DNA of 22,230 bases from an uncultured delta proteobacterium (GTDB taxonomy: Bacteria > Desulfobacterota > Desulfuromonadia > Geobacterales > Pseudopelobacteraceae). Below, piece by piece: positions 11,426 through 19,325 of the stretch. The position numbers and the translations under genes were made by a program. The notes under the pieces are model-generated. The model was not told the origin of the DNA and did no database searches. It saw nothing but the letters and a program-made list of their open reading frames with translations. The stretch lies in the NCBI GenBank assembly GCA_963772835.1, contig CAVYYZ010000022.1, positions 1 to 22,230 of the forward strand. Direction: 5' to 3'. The first letter of the stretch is position 1; every line of letters starts with the position of its first letter.

Positions 11426-12642
11426 ATGACAGAAGTATCATATGCATTCATTCTGGCCGGTGTTGTTATTCTGGCCGGTTTTTTCGGCAATGTCTTTTTT
11501 GAAAAGACCAAGATACCGGATGTCATCGTCCTGTTGGCCATCGGCATCATTCTGGGACCTGTCAGCGGCTTTGTCAGCCCGGAACGGCTTCAGCACCTTG
11601 CCGAATATGTCGGCTCTCTCGCGCTGCTGGTTATTCTCTTTGAAGGCGGCATGGACCTGGATCTGGACAAACTGATGAGCGAGTTCGGTTCGGCTGCACT
11701 GCTGGTTTTGCTCACCTTTATACTTACGGCGGGAGGCATCGGTGCTTATCTGCACTATATTCTCTGCTGGGAAACTCAGCAAAGCCTGTCTGCTGGGGGC
11801 CATTCTCGGCTGCACCAGCGCCGCCATCGTCATTCCGATCATCAACCGGCTGAATGTTTCTGAGGAGATAAAGGCCACCCTCTCGGTCGAATCGGCGCTT
11901 AGCGATGTTCTTGCCGTCGTCATTACCATCTCCCTCATCGATGCCATACATATTGGGCAACAAGACCCAACCGCCCCTTTCAAGGCCGTCGTTGCGTCCT
12001 TTTCGACGGCCATCGTCATCGGATGCGCTGTCGGACTGATCTGGATGAAGGTGCTTGATCTGATGCGCGGGAAGAAAGCTGGCATATATGCTTACCTTGG
12101 CTGCCATCCTGATAACCTTCGGCAGTGTCCGGGTTCTGGGTGGGAGCGGTTCCATCGCCGTTCTGGTGATAGGTCTGGTGCTGGGCAATTCGGATGCGTT
12201 CACCAAATTTCTGAAAATAAAGAAGCCGTTGCCGGTCGATCAGAGCATCCGCTTCCTGCATGAAGAAGTCACATTTTTCATCCGGACGTTCTTCTTTGTC
12301 TATCTGGGGATGATGTTCACCTTCAGGGAGATCAATACGGAGTTCCTGACAATTTGCGGTGTCATGGTGCTGATCATAATTCTGCTGCGAATGATCTGCA
12401 CCGAAATAACCGTGCGGGTCTATCCGGAAAAGAAGTCGGAGCGTTTTCTGATCATGCTGATGATGCCGCGCGGACTGGCCTCGGCGGTGCTGGCGACGCT
12501 ACCCGCAGCCGCTGGAGTTGCCGGGACTGATAACTTTGTCGGCATAACATTCGGTGTTATAATCATCTCGAACATTCTGCTCACAATCGGTATGTTCTTT
12601 ATCGGTTCAGGGGACGGAGAAGTTGCGAGGGTTGAACCATGA
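11426..12642 (+). pseudogene. CPA1/NhaP-type cation:proton antiporter with two +1 frameshifts (~11769-11774, ~12075-12077; 404 aa if repaired)
   Basis: Three overlapping hydrophobic ORFs join into one protein: IPDVIVLLAIGIILGP, LVILFEGG, GAILGCTSAAIV, ESALSD, FFFVYLG and MPRGLASAVLA. Repairs give WELSKACLL and GKKLAYMLTL. ATGA overlap with the next gene. Confidence 0.85.
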
Positions 12643-13463
12643 ATGCAAAAATAATTTTCCCGATTTCATTACTGCTAACCATTACAATCGGATACTACGA
12701 CTATAAAACCGGTGCACATATTTCGATGATGCTGCTTTATTCCATTCCTATCCTTGTTTCGGCCTTGTATTGCGGCAAGAAGGAGGGATTTGTAGTTGCC
12801 TTCTCAGCCGCGACCTGCTGGCTTGTTGTCAACATGATTCATAAAGAGTCAGGAGACAGTGATGCTGTTTTCTCATGGAATGCCCTTACCCGTTTGGGCA
12901 TTTTCTGTCTGATCGCCTACTCCGTATCGCTCCAGGCTCAACTACGGCGTGCACTTGAGCGTGAACGTTTACGAGCCGATACCGACCGATTGACCGGATT
13001 ATACAACAAAGGAGCATTTCGTGAGCGGGTAGAGGAAGAAATGAACCGGGCGCGGCGTTACAAACATCCACTCTCACTGGCATTCATTGATCTGGATAAT
13101 TTCAAACAGGTCAACGACACAGAGGGACATGCGCGTGGCGACAAGCTGTTGAAACATGTCAGTGAGACCATCGTAAATACGATACGAGAAACCGATATTG
13201 CCGGAAGAATCGGTGGCGATGAGTTTACTATCTGTTTCCCTGAAACCGGTGAGGCGCAGGTTCGTAATGCAATTGCAAAAATGATGAAAGCACTCGATAT
13301 CATGACAAGCCAATCAGGCTGGCAGGTAACGGCAAGTGTTGGAGTAGTAACTTGTATGGAAATCTGTGATACCTATGATGCCCTACTGGGAAAAGCTGAC
13401 AAGCTGATGTACGTTGTCAAGGGTAACGGTAAAAATTCCGCAGAATTTCTAACTGTTGGATAG
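12639..13463 (+). CDS. Membrane-anchored diguanylate cyclase (about 4 N-terminal TM helices + GGDEF domain)
   Basis: Motifs DRLTGLYN, FIDLDNFKQVNDTEGHARGD, I-site RETD five residues before GGDEF, TASVG and ADKLMY. Confidence 0.93.
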   Translation: MNAKIIFPISLLLTITIGYYDYKTGAHISMMLLYSIPILVSALYCGKKEGFVVAFSAATCWLVVNMIHKESGDSDAVFSWNALTRLGIFCLIAYSVSLQAQLRRALERERLRADTDRLTGLYNKGAFRERVEEEMNRARRYKHPLSLAFIDLDNFKQVNDTEGHARGDKLLKHVSETIVNTIRETDIAGRIGGDEFTICFPETGEAQVRNAIAKMMKALDIMTSQSGWQVTASVGVVTCMEICDTYDALLGKADKLMYVVKGNGKNSAEFLTVG

Positions 13464-13472
13464 TGGGGGCAG

Positions 13473-13574
13473 AGGACCAGCGACTTCGAGCTATACGTCC
13501 AGCAGAAGCTATCGGCCATCAGCAGGCGACTCATGGATACCATTCAAAGGCTGGCCACCCACGCAATTTACTGA
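13473..13574 (+). pseudogene. Start-less, truncated remnant paralogous to the small ORF 17870..18103
   Basis: Reads RTSDFELYVQQKLSAISRRL... versus MENDFELYIRQQLSAINKRL. AGG at 13473 sits where the paralog has ATG. Both copies lie directly after a GGDEF 3' end. Confidence 0.7.
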
Positions 13575-13604
13575 TTTTTGTCCCTTTTCCCTGTGGAGGT
13601 GCCT

Positions 13605-14525
13605 GTGCTTACATTGCGTACATGGTTCGAACATCTCAAAAATTACATTAACGTACCACTCCTGAATCTTGGTTCTAACCAGATTACTATTCAGACGATT
13701 ATCTCCCTGATTGTATTTTCAATACTCCTCTTTTACCTGACCGGCAAGCTCCGCAAAATAATTGTTGAGAAACTCCTTATAAAAACAAAGATGGACATAG
13801 GCGCTCAACAGGCAACCGGATCAATCATCCGCTACTTTTTTCTTGTCGTCGGTTTCATCATCATTCTGCAGACCATGGGGATTGATCTGACCGCCCTGAA
13901 TGTGCTGGCAGGCGCCGTAGGCATTGGACTCGGCTTTGGTTTGCAGAACATAGTTAACAATTTCATCAGCGGGATAATTATCCTTTTTGAACGACCAATC
14001 AAAGTGGGAGACCGCATTGAAGTCGGAAATGTCGAGGGGGACGTCGTACGGGTCGGAGGGCGCAGCACCGAGGTTGTGACCAATGACAACATATCCATCA
14101 TAGTGCCCAACTCCAAATTTATCACCGAGAACATCATCAATTGGAGCCACAATGACAGAAAGGTCCGCTTCCGAATTCCGGTTTCCGTGGCGTATGGCAG
14201 CGATGTACACCTGGTGAAGCGTCTGTTGTTGGAGGTGGCGGAGGAGGTGCCTGACGTTCTCGACGATCCTGTACCCGGAGTCCGCTTGATGGAGTTCGGC
14301 GAAAGTGGTCTTAAATTTGAATTGCGGGCCTGGAGCACCACCCTAATCCACCGCAAAGGGTTACTGATCAGCAATATCAATTTCGGCATTCTGGACAAGT
14401 TTAACAAGCACGGAATTGAAATCCCATTTCCGCAGCGCGACCTGCGGATAAGAGACGACAAACTGGAGATGTACGTGAAGCATGATGCGGGCGATGTTCT
14501 GAAAGCGGATGAGGAGACACATTGA
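13605..14525 (+). CDS. MscS-family small-conductance mechanosensitive channel
   Basis: GAVGIGLGFGLQNIVNNFISGIIILFERPIKVGD, IIVPNSKF, NW, VAYGSD and IEIPFPQRDL. GTG 13605 follows SD GGAGGT 13595-13600, a better start than TTG 13578. Confidence 0.92.
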   Translation: MLTLRTWFEHLKNYINVPLLNLGSNQITIQTIISLIVFSILLFYLTGKLRKIIVEKLLIKTKMDIGAQQATGSIIRYFFLVVGFIIILQTMGIDLTALNVLAGAVGIGLGFGLQNIVNNFISGIIILFERPIKVGDRIEVGNVEGDVVRVGGRSTEVVTNDNISIIVPNSKFITENIINWSHNDRKVRFRIPVSVAYGSDVHLVKRLLLEVAEEVPDVLDDPVPGVRLMEFGESGLKFELRAWSTTLIHRKGLLISNINFGILDKFNKHGIEIPFPQRDLRIRDDKLEMYVKHDAGDVLKADEETH

Positions 14526-14573
14526 CTCTCTGTATGCTGATTTCAAACAGAAGTATCAGAGGGACTGCTTACT

Positions 14574-16340
14574 ATGACTATTGAAATACTGCTGGTGCTG
14601 GGCCTGGTTGTGTCGGCAGTCATCCTGTTTGCCACTGAGCGACTGCCGGTAGACTTGACCGCCATGATTCTGCTGGGGGCCATGCTGTTATCCGGTATTA
14701 TCTCGCCCCAGGAGGCTATCAACGGCTTCAGCAATCCGGCTACGGTCACCGTGGGTGCGATGTTTGTCCTTTCCGCCGGCCTTTTCAAAACTGGAGCAGT
14801 GAATATCATCGGCACAATGCTGGGACGTCTGGGTAGAATCAACTTCTGGCTGGTGCTGATCGTGCTGATGCTGACCGTGGGCCTGCTGTCTGCTTTCATT
14901 AATAACACGGCGGCCGTTGCCATCTTTCTGCCGGTAGTCCTTGCCATTGCACGCGATACCGGCGTTGCAGCGGGACGCCTGCTGATGCCCCTCTCATTCG
15001 CCTCCATGTTCGGCGGTGTTTGCACCTTGGTAGGCACATCCACCAATATCCTGGTTTCATCCATTGCCGAACGCCACGGGCTGTCGCCATTTGGCATGTT
15101 CGAGATGTCCGGACTCGGCCTGATCTTCTTCGGAGTCGGTGGCACCTACATGATACTGGTGGGGGTACGGCTGATTCCCAATCGTGCAGGAAACGCCAAA
15201 CGTGGGCCTTTCTATGGCAGCGGCAATTACCTGATCGAGATTGTGATGGAGTCCGATGCCCGCTCGGTGGGAAAGACGCTGACCGACTCGCCTCTCCTGC
15301 AGGATGTCGCAATTCTGGGGGCCGAAGTCTTCCGTGATGGTCAACTCCAGAATGTACCGGCTGATCAGTTGGTATTGCAGGCCGGCGATCATCTGAAGTT
15401 GCACTGCGACCTTGAAAATTTCTGCAAACTGAAGGAACGGCGGGGTATTGTTCTACGGCATGAACAAGATCATCATGTCAGCGAAGAGGCGGTACTGGTT
15501 GAGGCAGTGGTTGCCCCTGGCTCTACCCTGGACGGACGCAGCCTGAAACAGGCCAGATTCCGTTCCCGCTATGGTCTTACGGCACTGGCGGCGCGTCACC
15601 GGGGACAGGTGATGAGGGATGACCTTGAGGACATGACGCTGCGTGCCGGAGATATCCTGCTATTCGAAGTAGAACAGACGCATCTAGAGCAGTTGCGGGA
15701 AGACAAGACCTTTGTGCTGGTTTCCCAGGTCGGACTGCCGACCTTCAGAAAAAGTCGGATGATGATCGGTATCGCCATCGTAGTCGGTGTGGTGATTGCC
15801 GCAGCCACTGGTCTGGTGCCGATTGTGGCCGGTGCCATCGTCGGGTGCATTCTGATGATACTGACCCGCTGTCTGACCCTGGAAGAAGCTTATGGTGCCA
15901 TCAACTGGCAGGTAATCTTTCTGCTGGCCGGGGTTCTTACCCTCGGCACGGCTCTGGAAAAAAGTGGCGCGGCAGGGCTCCTGGGCGGCTTTCTGGTAGA
16001 GACTGCCGGTGCATTCGGCCCGGTAGCCCTTGTCTCGACCCTATATCTAGCTACTTCTCTGTTGACCGAAATGATGTCCAACAACGCTACAGCGGCCCTG
16101 CTTGCCCCGATTGCTATCGCCGCAGCTGAATCGATGGGTGTTGATTCACGACCATTTCTCATGGCGATTACCTTTGCCGCCTCGGCCAGTTTCATGACCC
16201 CTGTCGGCTACCAGACCAACACACTCATCTACGGTCCAGGCCAGTTCCGCTATGCCGACTTCCTCAGAGTTGGCACGCCGCTCAACATCATTTTCTGGGT
16301 GCTGGCGACGATCTTTATCCCATGGTTCTGGCCGTTTTAG
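14574..16340 (+). CDS. SLC13/DASS-family permease with two central TrkA-C (RCK_C) domains
   Basis: 588 aa. GFSNPA, SAFINNTA, LMPLSFASMFGGVCTLVGTSTN, MSNNATA, FMTPVGYQTN and C-terminal WPF. Two soluble repeats end in LQAGD and LRAGD. Confidence 0.9.
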   Translation: MTIEILLVLGLVVSAVILFATERLPVDLTAMILLGAMLLSGIISPQEAINGFSNPATVTVGAMFVLSAGLFKTGAVNIIGTMLGRLGRINFWLVLIVLMLTVGLLSAFINNTAAVAIFLPVVLAIARDTGVAAGRLLMPLSFASMFGGVCTLVGTSTNILVSSIAERHGLSPFGMFEMSGLGLIFFGVGGTYMILVGVRLIPNRAGNAKRGPFYGSGNYLIEIVMESDARSVGKTLTDSPLLQDVAILGAEVFRDGQLQNVPADQLVLQAGDHLKLHCDLENFCKLKERRGIVLRHEQDHHVSEEAVLVEAVVAPGSTLDGRSLKQARFRSRYGLTALAARHRGQVMRDDLEDMTLRAGDILLFEVEQTHLEQLREDKTFVLVSQVGLPTFRKSRMMIGIAIVVGVVIAAATGLVPIVAGAIVGCILMILTRCLTLEEAYGAINWQVIFLLAGVLTLGTALEKSGAAGLLGGFLVETAGAFGPVALVSTLYLATSLLTEMMSNNATAALLAPIAIAAAESMGVDSRPFLMAITFAASASFMTPVGYQTNTLIYGPGQFRYADFLRVGTPLNIIFWVLATIFIPWFWPF

Positions 16341-16532
16341 TTCATGTCACAGAATATAAGCCCCCTACGGTTTAATTTCATTGGGAAAACCGGTCGCCGG
16401 GGGGCTCGATGAACATGTAGTTTTTGGGAACTCCGAGACACTTTGAAAGAAGCTCAACACGTTCCGGGGGCCACAGACACCCTGAACCGCTACAAAATCA
16501 ACGCTCGAACTTGAATGAAAGGAGAACACCCC

Positions 16533-17006
16533 ATGAGAAAAACCATCATTGCACAGGGAAACGAGGAGGCCATTTCACCGGAAATTAACTGGCTTGACCT
16601 ACCGGTTATCGCCAGGGTGGAGATCACGTCAGAGGAAGAAAACCATCAGATCCAGTCAGCACTCAACCCTATGGGGGGACGTGGCTGGCGTGCTTCTGAA
16701 CCGGGACAACAGATAATCCGTCTGCTTTTTGACGAGCCATTACATCTTATACGGATGCATCTGGTTTTTCATGAAGACGACCAACCGCGCACTCAGGAGT
16801 TTGTGCTTCGTTGGTCCGGAGACGGGGGACGTTCGTATCATGAGATAGTCCGCCAGCAGTACACCTTTGCTCCACCGGACAATTCTCAAGAGATTGAAGA
16901 CTATAACATTGATCTTTTCGGTGTAACGGCGATTGAGCTAACCATTATCCCGGACATGAATGGTGGAGATATCCATGCATCGCTGGCTCGTTTGCGCCTT
17001 GCCTGA
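16533..17006 (+). CDS. Conserved hypothetical protein, probable galactose-binding-domain-like beta-sandwich (often labelled 'carbohydrate-binding protein')
   Basis: 157 aa from ATG 16533, after SD AAAGGAG. WLDL..VEITSE..GWRA..IRLLFDEP..RTQEFVLRWS.DGG..EIVRQQY pattern recognised from memory. Confidence 0.7.
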   Translation: MRKTIIAQGNEEAISPEINWLDLPVIARVEITSEEENHQIQSALNPMGGRGWRASEPGQQIIRLLFDEPLHLIRMHLVFHEDDQPRTQEFVLRWSGDGGRSYHEIVRQQYTFAPPDNSQEIEDYNIDLFGVTAIELTIIPDMNGGDIHASLARLRLA

Positions 17007-17063
17007 TGGCGAAAGTTGAAATAAAGTGAATTGTGGAGACATCTAGATTGAAAGGAGATTGAA

Positions 17064-17351
17064 ATGAGTAAAAGAGATGAATATGTCCGGACGCTACAGT
17101 TGAAATTGGAAGAATGGAACATGGAGATTGACCTGCTGACTGAAAAGGCAGACAAGCTATCTGTAAATCTGAAGAACGAATATCAGGAACAGATAGAAGC
17201 CTTGAAGAAAAAAAGAGAATCAGCCAGAGAGAAAATTGATGAAGTCCAACTTGCTGGTGAAAGTGCCTGGGAAGACCTGAAATCCGGGATTGAACTCGCA
17301 CGGGACGCCATGACGGAAGCCATTGAGTCGGCCCGTTCACGTTTTCATTGA
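17064..17351 (+). CDS. Small acidic coiled-coil protein (resembles Sll1863-type stress proteins), copy A
   Basis: 95 aa, SD GAAAGGAG. Pattern KLEEWNMEID...GESAWEDLKSG...ARSRF. A paralog lies at 18955. Confidence 0.8.
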   Translation: MSKRDEYVRTLQLKLEEWNMEIDLLTEKADKLSVNLKNEYQEQIEALKKKRESAREKIDEVQLAGESAWEDLKSGIELARDAMTEAIESARSRFH

Positions 17352-17401
17352 AAAAGATATGCGCCAATTCTTTCTCTTATGCTCTATCAGTGTGGCTGAA
17401 T

Positions 17402-17856
17402 TTGGCCGGAATTATCATCATTAATGTTCTGATTCGTATGTTTCGTCGTTTCCTTCTTGTACCGCCTTGAAGACGCCATGATAGAACCTGCGATAACACT
17501 GATTGCTAATGACAACTGGCTGGAGTTCACCATTCATTATGTTGCCGATTACAAGAGGAGGCGTAAAACCAAGGATATCCTCTTTACCAGGGTTAATGAC
17601 ACAGAGGGGCATGCCCGTGGCGACAGGCTGTTGCAGGCGGTCAGCGAAACCATCGTGCAGTCGATACGCAAACTGGTAAAGGCACTCGATATCATGACAA
17701 GCCAATCAGGCTGGCAGGTAACGGCAAGCGTTGGAGTGGTAACCTGTACGGAAATTTGTGATATCGTATGATGCCCTACTGGGAAAAGCTGACAAGCTGA
17801 TGTACGTTGTCAAGGGTAACGGCAAAAATTCCGCTGAATTTCTAACTATCAGTTAA
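17402..17856 (+). pseudogene. Chimeric relic: probable MscS-family fragments fused to a deleted and frameshifted copy of the GGDEF gene 3' part
   Basis: 17592-17856 aligns to 13110-13463 with a 90-nt deletion and a +1 shift at ~17763-17766. 17460-17591 (YRLEDAMIEPAITLIANDNWLEFTIHYVADYKRRRKTKDILFTR) resembles the C-terminus of an MscS subfamily, from memory. 17402-17455 is a TM-like scrap. Confidence 0.8.
17682..17847 (+). repeat. Dispersed direct repeat, near-identical to 13290-13454
   Basis: Identical blocks of 47 nt (13290-13336 = 17682-17728) and 56 nt (13374-13429 = 17767-17822). Confidence 0.95.
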
Positions 17857-17869
17857 GATTGGTGATTAA

Positions 17870-18103
17870 ATGGAAAATGACTTCGAGTTATATATACGGC
17901 AGCAGCTATCGGCAATAAACAAGCGGTTGGATGAGATAGAAAACAAAATTGATAGGATTCCTGTGCCGGAACAGATCGTACAGGAACCCTGCACAACACC
18001 GTCTGACGAGAGCTACACCACTCAATTGGTACAGGCCAATCTATCTAAAGCACTTGCCCGGAAAAGAGCAAAAGCGGTTGATGAGATGAATGAAAACCTT
18101 TAA
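17870..18103 (+). CDS. Small hypothetical protein (77 aa) with an N-terminal coiled coil
   Basis: ATG after GGTGA. Heptad pattern LSAINKRLDEIENKID. Peptide-level conservation with the remnant at 13482-13532 supports coding status. Confidence 0.7.
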   Translation: MENDFELYIRQQLSAINKRLDEIENKIDRIPVPEQIVQEPCTTPSDESYTTQLVQANLSKALARKRAKAVDEMNENL

Positions 18104-18239
18104 CAACCATGACGTACGTGCGTAAAAACTGTTCACACGAATTCTGTTAAAGCTACTGCGCCGATATAGATTTTGCCTACCCAACCCAGAGGTATTTCAA
18201 TAATATTCAAGAAGGAAAATCAAACGCCGGAGAAAAACC

Positions 18240-18881
18240 ATGACAATAAAACACATTGCTTCATCGGTAGTTGTTCTATTTCTGTTTCTCGCGTCTTCGT
18301 CACATGCGTTCGTATTCGACGAATGGAAGTCTGGTATGAAGGAAAATAGTGTTGTCGAAGCAGGAAAGAATAAGAACGTTACCGTTGAATATAATGCTGG
18401 CGGCTTTGCCTTCTTTGGTGACAAAAAACCTGAGAAGCTTGCGGTAAAGGTTGAGTATTCCGGCAACACAAAGCTCATGGGGTATGACGCGAAATTACTA
18501 TTTTCATTGACTCCTGAAAGCCGGGTGCTCCATTCGCTGCGAGTGACACTTATGCTGCCGATGTCGTCAGATAAGGCTGATATGGAGGTGCTTGCCGATT
18601 CAATTTCCAGGCAACTTGACAGCAAATACAAGGAACATGGGACACCTTCAGCCGAAAGCTTCATCGGGCAGATAGTCGATAAGGTGCGCAATACTGATCG
18701 GCGAAGTTGGGTTGGGAAAGGTGATACGGTGACAATGGAATCGAACTGGAAAATGGTGGGTGGCGAAGTTGTTATAATGTACGAGGATGATAAACTTACC
18801 GAAGTGGCTAAAACAGAGGACCGCCGTATTCGTGAAAAAAGGCTTGAACAGTCTTCTGGCGGGGATAAAAGCAAGTTCTGA
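18240..18881 (+). CDS. Hypothetical exported protein
   Basis: 213 aa. Sec-type signal peptide MTIKHIASSVVVLFLFLASSSHA|F; SD GGAG upstream. Confidence 0.8.
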   Translation: MTIKHIASSVVVLFLFLASSSHAFVFDEWKSGMKENSVVEAGKNKNVTVEYNAGGFAFFGDKKPEKLAVKVEYSGNTKLMGYDAKLLFSLTPESRVLHSLRVTLMLPMSSDKADMEVLADSISRQLDSKYKEHGTPSAESFIGQIVDKVRNTDRRSWVGKGDTVTMESNWKMVGGEVVIMYEDDKLTEVAKTEDRRIREKRLEQSSGGDKSKF

Positions 18882-18884
18882 TAC

Positions 18885-18913
18885 TTGCAATAAAAGAACA
18901 TCTGCTATAGTTT
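18885..18913 (+). promoter_or_regulatory. Probable sigma70-family promoter for 18955
   Basis: TTGCAA 18885-18890, with either an extended -10 TGC-TATAGT (18903-18911) or TAGTTT at a 17-nt spacing. Confidence 0.5.
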
Positions 18914-18954
18914 AACAAGCTCTAAAAAATATTATCAACAGAAAGGAGTATCTA

Positions 18955-19242
18955 ATGCGAACAAGAGATGAATATGTCCGGACCCTGCAGTTGAAGCTGG
19001 AAGAATGGAATATGGAGATTGATCTGCTGAGCGAAAAGGCAGGCAAATTGGCTGCGGATGCAAAAAATGAATATCAGGAACAGATTGAGACCCTACAGGA
19101 AAAACAGGAAGCCGCCCGGCAGAAGATAGAGGAAATCAACCTTGCTGGTGAAAGTGCCTGGGAAGACATGAAAGCGGGTGTTGAGCTTGCCTGGAGTGCG
19201 CTTGCAGAGGCCATGGATTCGGCCCGGTCACGTTTCCAGTGA
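18955..19242 (+). CDS. Small acidic coiled-coil protein (Sll1863-like), copy B
   Basis: 95 aa, SD GAAAGGAG. 68/95 residues identical to copy A by manual ungapped count. Confidence 0.8.
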   Translation: MRTRDEYVRTLQLKLEEWNMEIDLLSEKAGKLAADAKNEYQEQIETLQEKQEAARQKIEEINLAGESAWEDMKAGVELAWSALAEAMDSARSRFQ

Positions 19243-19325
19243 AATAATATGCCTGGACATATATGAGGGTGTTTTTCATGCAGTCAAAGGATATATAAAT
19301 AATCAACACAAAAGGTGGGTACAAA

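Noticed and set aside
7060..12090. Programmed ribosomal frameshifting in malQ or the antiporter
   Set aside because: All sites need +1 shifts, no known slippery motif or stimulator is apparent, and two shifts in one membrane protein are implausible.
13110..13226. Hypr-type (3',3'-cGAMP-making) GGDEF like Geobacter GacA
   Set aside because: The specificity position reads GHARG-D (canonical Asp), not Ser/Thr, so this looks like an ordinary c-di-GMP cyclase.
13461..13574. Amber read-through fusing the cyclase to the in-frame DFELY peptide
   Set aside because: In the second copy the stop is TAA at the same position and the small ORF is in another frame with its own ATG, so the in-frame state is probably coincidental.
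18098..18152. Integron attC site (CTTTAAC overlapping a stop ... GTTAAAG)
   Set aside because: Only 55 nt, outer bases break the RYYYAAC/GTTRRRY consensus, the L boxes do not pair at the expected spacing, and there are no sibling sites or integrase. At most a weak hairpin.
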